In this document: positions 7,624-14,832 of the stretch, in pieces
Layout of the letters: the number at the start of each line of letters is the position of its first letter
Position numbering within the stretch: position 1 is the first letter of the stretch
Assembly (NCBI RefSeq): GCF_035285525.1
Contig: NZ_JAYKGW010000027.1
Location: forward strand, 1 to 21,688
Direction of reading: 5' to 3'
Length of the DNA: 21,688 nucleotides
Origin: Okeania sp.
GTDB taxonomy: Bacteria; Cyanobacteriota; Cyanobacteriia; Cyanobacteriales; Microcoleaceae
The notes under the pieces: model-generated
Seen by the model: the letters and a program-made list of their open reading frames with translations, nothing else
What the model was told of the DNA's origin: nothing
Databases searched by the model: none
Translations under genes and position numbers: made by a program

Positions 7624-8557
7624 CAATATAAGGAAGATAACAAACAATGATAGAAATTCACAAAAAGCTGCGATCGCTAATTTTTTCTCAGACCCAAAAC
7701 TCAAACTCGTCAAGCTTAATGAGCAAGAATATATGGAGGGGTTAATTGCTTATCGCAGTCAAAATAATGAACAAGAAATGATGCTGGAAGCTACATTTCA
7801 GACTATAGAAAAATATAAGTCTTCACAAGAAAGCTACAGAATTTTGAGTATAGGTTGTGGCTGTGGAATTTTTGAGCAAGCTTTTTTAACAAAGCTCCTT
7901 GATTTGAACAAATATATTCATTTTGTTGGAGTAGACCCAAACAAAGTAGAGTGTATAAAAATACAAGAATGGTGTCATAAACTTAGTACATATAAACCAG
8001 ATAAATTTAGGTTTGAAATTCATCCTGTTACCTTAGAAAAATTTCAAGCACTTCAAACTTTTGACATTATTTTATTAATCCATTCATTTTACTATTTTTC
8101 AGAAATTACATCTTCTGTTGAGAAAGTTTATAAACTTATGGAAGAAGAAGGAATTGCAATTGCCACAATAAATTTAAAAAGACCAATAAGTGAACCTTAC
8201 TATTATGTAAATCAGCGATTTTATCAAAGACAGAGGTTTTATAGTGAAGATTTATATCGAGTTCTTTCTGAACAAAATATTTTTTTTCATCAAGAAACTA
8301 TAGAATCTCCAATAAATATTACAAATTGTTTTGAAAAAGATTCTCTATTGGGTAAATATTTACTGGATTTTCTAGTTGATGCTAATACGACATATTTTTC
8401 TCCTTCCCAATTACAATTATTGCTGGATTATTTTAGAACTAATTCCCAAAGGTTGAAAGGGGGAGAAATTATGATTCAAAATTCTATAGGCTTTTATTAT
8501 TTTCAGAAAAGTAAAGAACAAGAAATAAAAAAAGGGAGCCAAGAAAACTTAAAATAA
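7601..8557 (+). CDS. Histamine N-methyltransferase (HNMT)-like class I SAM methyltransferase
   Basis: 318 aa. It is collinear with animal HNMT as I remember that sequence. FFSD matches LFSD. RILSIGCGCGIFEQAFLTKL matches ILSIGGGAGEIDLQILSKV. FDIILLIHSFYYF matches FIHMIQMLYYV. ITNCF..LGKYLLDFLVD matches ISDCF..GDLLWDFLTE. The only upstream start is TTG 7601, which overlaps the end of the preceding pseudogene. Confidence 0.7.
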   Translation: MKKPVIFSNIRKITNNDRNSQKAAIANFFSDPKLKLVKLNEQEYMEGLIAYRSQNNEQEMMLEATFQTIEKYKSSQESYRILSIGCGCGIFEQAFLTKLLDLNKYIHFVGVDPNKVECIKIQEWCHKLSTYKPDKFRFEIHPVTLEKFQALQTFDIILLIHSFYYFSEITSSVEKVYKLMEEEGIAIATINLKRPISEPYYYVNQRFYQRQRFYSEDLYRVLSEQNIFFHQETIESPINITNCFEKDSLLGKYLLDFLVDANTTYFSPSQLQLLLDYFRTNSQRLKGGEIMIQNSIGFYYFQKSKEQEIKKGSQENLK

Positions 8558-8628
8558 CTATAGAAGCCTAAATTATTGTTATTGAGCAATATTTTGTAAG
8601 TAATTTTCAAGGTAAATGGAGCAAATTT

Positions 8629-8844
8629 ATGTTTGTAACAGGAATCAAAAAAGGTAAAATTATTGAGTTATTGGAGGAGGTAGATTTTCTCGATAATCAA
8701 GAGGTTTTAGTAGAAATTAAAAAGGTAGGTAATTTTTGGTCAGCTTTACAAGATTTGAGGGCAAGGGTAGATTTAGAAATTATTGATGATGATTCTTTTG
8801 AGAATTTACGAGATAAGTCACCAGGGAGAATGGTTGATTTATGA
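8629..8844 (+). CDS. Putative antitoxin, upstream partner of a PIN-domain toxin
   Basis: 71-aa ORF. Its TGA overlaps the ATG of the downstream PIN gene (ATGA at 8841-8844), a typical type II TA arrangement. Confidence 0.6.
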   Translation: MFVTGIKKGKIIELLEEVDFLDNQEVLVEIKKVGNFWSALQDLRARVDLEIIDDDSFENLRDKSPGRMVDL

Positions 8845-9137
8845 CACTAAAATATTTATTAGATACGAATATTTTATCTGAGATGAAACGCCCTTAACCT
8901 AATCAAAAAGTAATGGAAAAACTAAGGTTATGTAAACTGGAAATAGCAACTGCTACTGTGGTTGTACATGAATTATTGTACGGATGTTTTAGAATTGCTA
9001 AATCTAAAAAACGTCAAGATTTGGAAGATTATATAAATAATGTGATTTTAGCACAGTTACCTTTATTTAATTATGATTTAAAATCCGCACAATATCATGG
9101 ACAGGAAAGAGCAAGGTTATCTAAATTCAGCTATTAG
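8841..9137 (+). pseudogene. vapC: VapC-type PIN-domain toxin, inactivated by an in-frame TAA at 8895 and a 3' truncation
   Basis: The translation is MTLKYLLDTNILSEMKRP*PNQKVMEKL....HELLYG....LPLFNYDLKSAQYHGQERARLSK. This matches the VapC pattern LLDTNILSE..RP.PN..V, ..EL..G and FD..AA. The C-terminal G.PI...D..IAA part is absent. Confidence 0.75.
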
Positions 9138-9348
9138 TTTTTAGCACCTCTAGCTGTTGGCGCACCATTCCGCAGGAAAGCATTAGGATTGAACTACGAA
9201 ATGTTCTTTTTTTTATCCCCTTAAAATCAGTTATCAGTTAGTGGAAGGAGAGGAAAATAGGATTGATTCAAAAAATTAATAATTTACAAAAGATTATCAA
9301 TTATTCTTCCCTGTTCCCTGTTCCCTTTTTTCTGGAGATGTCTAGTAA

Positions 9349-10640
9349 TTAATCTATTAATCTATGAATCAAACTATGCCAAATTAAACCAATAATAATT
9401 AACCCTAAACCTACTAACCAAATTTCCTGCTCTACCCAAAAAGCTAAAAATAAACAAGCAGCTAAACCTACCCAACCTAACCATTGAGGATAAAGTCTTT
9501 CTGCTGGTGAAAGTTGGAGAGCAGCAAAATTAGTAATAGCATAATAAATCAAAACATTACAAGCACTAAAAGACCAAGTAGTTTTCACATCCCCTATTAA
9601 AACTAAAAAAGCGATCGCTACTCCCACAACTATCACCGCAACATAAGGTGTAGTTTCTCCACTATTTAATCTAGCAAAAATTTTAGGTACATCTCGTCGT
9701 CGTCCCATTGCTAACAAAACTCGCGATAAACCCAAAATCAGATTTAGCAATACTCCCAACATTGCCGTAATCGCACCAACCGCAATTAATTTAGGAATTA
9801 TAGGAACACCCAATCCAACTTGAGCAATAACTTCTAAAGGTGCAGCTAAACTAACATCTGCTTGAGATAATTTATCTATCACTTCTTTACCAACTACCAC
9901 CGTAACTACAGAAATAGAAATATATAACAAACAAGTGACAAATATCGTGAGAGCGATCGCTCTGGGAATAGTACGTCGGGGTTCCTTAACTTCCTCACCC
10001 AAAGTCGCAATCCGACCATAACCAGTGTAAGCAACAAACATTAAAGCAGCAGCTTGCAATAAAGATGGAATAGGTTCCTCGGCGCTCAAAAAAAGTGTGA
10101 TATTTTCTCCCCCAGACAAAACTACTTGAGGTACTCCTGCTACGATGAATACAGTTAAAGAAAATAATGTAATCGAAACAATAATAATATTAGTCACATT
10201 AGAACGACGAATCCCACTTAAGACAACTATTGTTAATATAACCACAGCAGTGACAGCAGTCAATACTAACCAAATTTGATTATTGATGCCAAAAACATGA
10301 AGTAAATAACCAGCAAAACCCAAAGCAGCAGTAGCAGCAGAAGCACTTTTTGCTAAGAGAAACATCCATCCAGCGATGAAACCTAACCAATGATTCAGAT
10401 ATTTGTAACCATATTCATAAGTACCGCCACTAACAGGATGATTTGCTGCTAACTGGGCGCTATTAAAAGCATTGCAAGTAGCAACAATAGCACCTATCGC
10501 CACCGAATAATTACAGATCGACCTGCAATACTAGCAGCAATACCAATGCTGACAAATACTCCAGTACCGACTATTGAACCTAAACCCATAAGGGTAGCGC
10601 CGAATACGCCAATTTCTCGTTTTAGTTTAGATGTAGACAT
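9349..10640 (-). pseudogene. APC-family amino acid permease with an N-terminal frameshift
   Basis: ORF 9349-10503 is a polytopic membrane protein (NAFNSAQLAANHPVSGGTYEYGYKYL, many hydrophobic helices). The true N-terminus MSTSKLKREIGVFGATLMGLGSIVGTGVFVSIGIAASIAGRSVII is encoded from ATG 10640 in another frame. That frame stops at 10494. The shift lies at about 10504-10530. Confidence 0.8.
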
Positions 10641-10860
10641 TTTCAGTTATTATTATTAGTCCAGTAGGGTGTGTTTCCGCTCTTAACTTTTCTGTTGTCT
10701 CATTATCTAGCCCTGGTTGTCGTTTGTTATGCTTCTGAATAGTTTACATCAGTCTCGTTGGCTAGTCAAGACTACCAAATACAGTAGGGCCGAATGGCAT
10801 TTCCTAAGGTCATGATCGATTCATGTCGCGCAGCGATACGCCCCTAAAAATAGAATAAAT

Positions 10861-10941
10861 AGCGATCGCCCCAAACCACCTTGACAAATTTAACTCCGTC
10901 GCGCTACTCTGAAAAAGAACTACTAGAAAACCAATCAAAAG
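10861..10941 (+). repeat. About 80-bp direct repeat, copy 1, containing a promoter-like TTGACA-18-TACTCT; abuts the antitoxin start
   Basis: agcgatcgccccaaaccaccTTGACAaatttaactccgtcgcgcTACTCTgaaaaagaactactagaaaaccaatcaaaa. TTGACA is at 10881-10886 and TACTCT at 10905-10910. Copy 2 is at 11672-11752. Confidence 0.6.
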
Positions 10942-11193
10942 ATGACCAAACTATTAGAAGAGGCGATCGCTGCCCTAGCCAAACTTCCAGAATCAGAACA
11001 AGATGGTATTGCCACTCTAATCCTAGAAAATATTGCCTCAGAAAAATCTCAGACACAACCTGTTACCAAACCCTTCTGGCAGAAAATCCAAGAAATAGGC
11101 GCTAAAGTACCTAAAGAGGAATGGGAAAAACTGCCAACAGATTTTGCTCGCAACTTTGAAAGCTATATGTATGGAACACCCAAAGAAGAATGA
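10942..11193 (+). CDS. Putative antitoxin of a PIN-toxin module
   Basis: 83 aa, MTKLLEEAIAALAKLPESEQDGIATLILENI. The stop overlaps the ATG of the PIN gene (ATGA at 11190-11193). Confidence 0.65.
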   Translation: MTKLLEEAIAALAKLPESEQDGIATLILENIASEKSQTQPVTKPFWQKIQEIGAKVPKEEWEKLPTDFARNFESYMYGTPKEE

Positions 11194-11606
11194 GACGAAT
11201 ATTTTTAGATACTTCTTATCTTCAAGCTCTCGCAGACGAACGCGACGATTTACACCATAAGGCGATTACTGTCTCCGAAAGTCAAGGTACATAAGTTGGC
11301 ATAACTACCGAGATGGTACTAACGGAGCTACTAAACGCCTTATCTAACCGAGGAGAATATCTGCGACAAGTGGCAATAGATATTGTTGAAACTTTGCGTG
11401 CCGCTGCAAATATAGAAATTATTCCCCAAAGTAGCCAACAGTTTGAGAAGGCAATGAAATTTTACCAACAACGATTGGATAAAGGCTATAGTCTTACCGA
11501 CTGTGCCTCTATGCTAGTGATGAAAGAAGAAAGTGTATGGGAAATAATGACTTACGATCGCCATTTTATCCAAGAAGGATTTAATGCCTTACTCAGAGAT
11601 GATTAG
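11190..11606 (+). pseudogene. PIN-domain toxin with an in-frame TAA at 11292-11294
   Basis: The N-terminal part MRRIFLDTSYLQALADERDDLHHKAITVSESQGT*VGITTE is in the same frame as ORF 11313-11606 (MVLTELLNAL...SLTDCASM...TYDRHF). PIN acidic positions are recognisable (FLDTS, TTEMVLTE, LTDC, YDRHF). Confidence 0.75.
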
Positions 11607-11671
11607 CTAGTAATCAATGGCCTAAAACTTTTGGGATATGAAAAGCGATCGCTTTCCGGAAAATAGTAGAG

Positions 11672-11752
11672 AGCGATCGCCCCTCAACTACCTTGAAAAA
11701 ATTAACCCCGTCGCTCTACTCTGAAAAAGAACTACTAGAAAATCAATTAAAA
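11672..11752 (+). repeat. About 80-bp direct repeat, copy 2 (TTGAAA-18-TACTCT), not followed by any gene
   Basis: agcgatcgcccctcaactaccTTGAAAaaattaaccccgtcgctcTACTCTgaaaaagaactactagaaaatcaattaaaa. It is roughly 85 percent identical to copy 1 by eye. Repeat-derived sequence follows it. Confidence 0.6.
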
Positions 11753-11778
11753 TCTGGACTTACACGGGAGGCGCTATG

Positions 11779-12098
11779 TATAGAACCCATTTGGGATCAT
11801 GGAGACACAGAAGGACACGGGGAGGCGGGGAGGCCGGGGATCGAGGACAGGGTGACACCCTCTCTCGGCCTGGTGTGTCTCCTCCTCTGGTGTTTCTTCA
11901 AGAACCTGCGTCTCCGCGTCTATTTTTACAGCGGTTTTCATTACGGTTCCCGAAAAATCAGTAAACCACAGTAGGGACGTTGCATAACAAAAATGCTTTT
12001 CATGTCGCGCAGCGAAACGTCCCTACAAGATTTTGGTGATGATGATGTGGTTCATTCATTTGAAAAGCGCTGTAAATAGATCCCAAATGGCTTCTATA
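11779..12098. mobile_element. 320-bp MITE-like element with 20-bp terminal inverted repeats and a strikingly GC-rich structured core
   Basis: tatagaacccatttgggatc (11779-11798) matches the reverse complement of gatcccaaatggcttctata (12079-12098) at 19 of 20 positions. The core 11801-11882 is GC-rich, with ggagacaca pairing to tgtgtctcc. A second hairpin is gtagggacgtt...aacgtccctac (11971-12025). Confidence 0.6.
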
Positions 12099-12301
12099 TA
12101 GTCTTGGTGCGTTACGAGATCAGCTTTTTCCTTTCGGTGCGGAATGCTACGCAAAGGGACTGCTTTGCTACGCACATAAAACGCATTCATGTCGGCGACA
12201 GCCATCAACGGAGTTATGCGCTAGCTAAACATGTTCCCTAAACCGCGGAAACACACCCTACCAATAGCTGAAACCGCCGATCGCTGATAACTGAAATGAC
12301 T

Positions 12302-13732
12302 TCAGACTTCAGGGGTATCTCCACCAACAACAACATTTTTAATACGCAAACTTGGTCCTCCACAACCAACAGATAAACCATCTTGCCCACCTTTCCCGCA
12401 ACCACCAGACTCATCCCAATCAAAATCATCAGCGATCGCTTCAATATCTGCTAAAGTATTAAACACATTTCCTGAAAGAGTCACATCCCGCACAGGTTCA
12501 GCTAACTCACCATTTCTGATCATCCACGCTTCCCCAGCACTAAAAGTAAACATTTCTCCATTAGTCATGCCACCCAACCAGTTTCGAGCATAAACTCCTT
12601 CCTTAATATCAGCAAATAAATCTGAAACGGGAGTATTTCCCGGAGCTATCCAAGTATTAGTCATCCTGACTATAGGTGGATAATGATAATCCAGACAACG
12701 AGCATTCCCTGTAGGTGTCTCCCCCAACTTCCCGGCAGTTTCCCGTGAATGCAAACGTCCGACCAAAACCCCATCTTCAATTAATTGAGTAGTTGTACCT
12801 AAAGTACCTTCATCATCATAAATATAACTACCTCGATGTACTTCTCCCTCTTCTCCACTTAAAATAGATGGCACTATCGCACCATCAAATATTTGTAAAT
12901 TCTCAGGACCAAATCTCCGACCAATGGTCATAACCTCTAATAAATCGGGATTTTCGTATGACATATCTGCTTCCGAGAGATGACCAAAAGCTTCGTGAAC
13001 AAATAGACCTGTGAGAATAGGGTCAATAACCACAGTATAGGTATTACCATGAACGATGGGCAAAGCTAGAGAATTAACAGCTCTTTCCGCAGCACTACGA
13101 ACTTGACTGTCCAAATTAATTAAATCTTCATAAGCTTTACGAGAACCCGTAGTTTCCCTACCTGTTTGTACGGTTTCCCCATTCCTGGCCGTAGCAGCAA
13201 AGCGCATTTCTATATCTGTCCAAGATTGTTCAAGCATAGTTCCTTCCGATGTAGCGAGAATAATTTTTTGGGTACTGTCTCCATAACGCACCAATACAGT
13301 AGTAATTCGAGGATCGACACTCCGTAATACTTGGCCATAATGTTCGCAGAGTTCTTTTTTCTCAGCTAAAGGTATGTGACGGGGGTTTTTACCTGTGAGG
13401 GAGATTGTATTAGTTGCTTGAATAATAGGTATAGGAGCAAGAATGGTTTTTTCTTCTCCAATGAGAATGGCCGCAGCGATCGCCTCTTCTACTCTATCTT
13501 TCAAGGTCGATATTTGATTAAAGCTGGCAAAACCCCAAGCTCCTTTGTAGCAAGCTCGAACTTGACCACCAATGGAGATGCCTTCACTGAGGGTTTCTAT
13601 TTTGTGGCCTCGCAAGAGAATATTTGTTCCTTGGGACTCTTCTAGACGAATGGCCAAATAGTCTACTTGAGAACTATAATTAGTAAGTAGGTCAGATAAT
13701 ATATTTTTGGTTTCAGTTATTGATATGGGCAT
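12302..13732 (-). CDS. tldD: TldD-type metalloprotease (TldD/PmbA family)
   Basis: 476 aa. It has the HEAFGHLSEAD zinc motif (HExxxH) characteristic of TldD, a glycine-rich C-terminus (GGCGKGGQ..GCGGPSLR) and a typical length. Confidence 0.88.
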   Translation of the reverse strand: MPISITETKNILSDLLTNYSSQVDYLAIRLEESQGTNILLRGHKIETLSEGISIGGQVRACYKGAWGFASFNQISTLKDRVEEAIAAAILIGEEKTILAPIPIIQATNTISLTGKNPRHIPLAEKKELCEHYGQVLRSVDPRITTVLVRYGDSTQKIILATSEGTMLEQSWTDIEMRFAATARNGETVQTGRETTGSRKAYEDLINLDSQVRSAAERAVNSLALPIVHGNTYTVVIDPILTGLFVHEAFGHLSEADMSYENPDLLEVMTIGRRFGPENLQIFDGAIVPSILSGEEGEVHRGSYIYDDEGTLGTTTQLIEDGVLVGRLHSRETAGKLGETPTGNARCLDYHYPPIVRMTNTWIAPGNTPVSDLFADIKEGVYARNWLGGMTNGEMFTFSAGEAWMIRNGELAEPVRDVTLSGNVFNTLADIEAIADDFDWDESGGCGKGGQDGLSVGCGGPSLRIKNVVVGGDTPEV

Positions 13733-13803
13733 TTATAGATAATTAATAATTAATAATTAATAATGGATAATTAGGGTTTGTTGAAAAAGTCTTTATTTTA
13801 GGG

Positions 13804-13836
<33 letters not shown>

Positions 13837-13866
13837 ATTTACCAGGAGTTTCAAGGAGGGAGCCAG

Positions 13867-14189
13867 AAGAATAGTAAGAGCAATTTTTCACCTCAAGTGT
13901 GAACCAAAAATTCTAACTTTTTCAACCCTATTGACCTAAAAGCTGGCACTTTTTTCATACCTAAAAAAGCTAAAACCATTAGTATGTAAAAACTTTTAAG
14001 TTTCCATACGCAAGCCCTAATTAGGGTTGGTTGATTAAGTCTCAAAGTATTTATATTAATCATGGTTTTAGCTTTTTGAAGTTGGGAAAAAGAGCAAGCT
14101 TTTAGGTAGCTCAGGTACGGTTCCCGAAAAATCAAAAATTAAGTATTTTGGGGTAACGCTCTTGCTGAAAAATTGCTCTTACTATTCTT
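13867..14189. mobile_element. 323-bp MITE-like element with perfect 24-bp terminal inverted repeats
   Basis: 13867-13890 (aagaatagtaagagcaatttttca) is the exact reverse complement of 14166-14189. There is an internal second inverted pair, aaaaagctaaaaccat / atggttttagcttttt. There is no credible coding capacity. Confidence 0.75.
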
Positions 14190-14412
14190 TTAGCAAGCTC
14201 CTGTGTAATCCCTATTTATCCTAATTTTGCATGAAACTTCCCTACTAAAAAGAGCAAAAAGACTTTCTATAAGTAAACCCTAATTAGAGATATATAGCAA
14301 TGCTAAATAGATGGTGAAAAATTAAAAAGTAAATAAGAAAAATGAAACTATTACCAGTTAATTATTCCCTATTCTCTATTCCCTAAAAGCAACTAATTTT
14401 TTGACATAAATC

Positions 14413-14446
14413 AAATAGGATTGCCAGAGAAGTCCTATTTTTTTGG
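14413..14446 (+). terminator. Orphan terminator-like hairpin (8-bp stem, 12-nt loop, T7 tail)
   Basis: The stem is aaatagga-ttgccagagaag-tcctattt followed by ttttgg. No plus-strand gene ends upstream of it, so its role is unclear. Confidence 0.3.
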
Positions 14447-14684
14447 TCTTAAAAAGATTGCCATATAAGTGCGAATTACTATAGTTTTCATTATCCATTA
14501 TCCATTATTATTTATTTCCTAACGGAGATTACGGTGATTTAGTTCGGTTATACTAACATAAATAATGACTCAATACCGATACCATAAGCATTAAGTAAGG
14601 TTTACTTCTCTAAAAATAGCAAAAAAAGTTTTCACGAAACTATATTAGCTGATAACTGACTACTAAATGCTTACTTATTAGTTC

Positions 14685-14785
14685 AGGACTTACTCAGAGG
14701 AAACCAGAAACCCGGCTTCTCCTGAACATTTGCTGTTCAAAACAAGGATTTACTGTAGAAACTGGGTTCCTCCCGTGTAAGTCCT
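14685..14785. repeat. About 100-bp palindromic repeat of the AGGACTTAC...GTAAGTCCT family
   Basis: aggacttac (14685-14693) pairs with gtaagtcct (14777-14785). The inner arms are gaggaaaccagaaacccgg / gaaactgggttcctc. One end recurs at 11757-11772 (ggacttacacgggagg). Confidence 0.65.
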
Positions 14786-14832
14786 ATGGTTAATAAACCC
14801 AAGTTATTTATTCATTTATTTTAGGAAAAAAA

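Noticed and set aside
10881-11105. 74-aa ORF starting at TTG 10881
   Set aside because: Its start codon is the TTGACA -35-like hexamer of the direct repeat. It overlaps, out of frame, the much more protein-like antitoxin ORF 10942-11193.
11942-11960. Group II intron domain V remnant suggested by ACGGTTC in tacggttcccgaaaaatca (also at 14114-14132)
   Set aside because: There is no complementary 5' half (GAGCCGTAT-type) or GNRA loop in the right register, and no intron-encoded reverse transcriptase. I treat it only as a shared repeat motif.
11693-11974. ORFs 11693-11974 and 11776-11964 in the GC-rich segment
   Set aside because: The first starts in the copy 2 repeat. Both translate to Arg/Gly/Pro-rich strings typical of non-coding GC-rich hairpin DNA, and both lie inside an IR-bounded MITE-like element.
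12238-13645. ORFs 12238-12444 (-) and 13376-13645 (+) overlapping tldD
   Set aside because: They are alternative-frame or antisense ORFs inside a well-supported 476-aa TldD gene and show no independent signal.
13893-14135. 80-aa minus-strand ORF
   Set aside because: It lies entirely within the 323-bp element bounded by perfect 24-bp inverted repeats, and its sequence is mostly hairpin arms.
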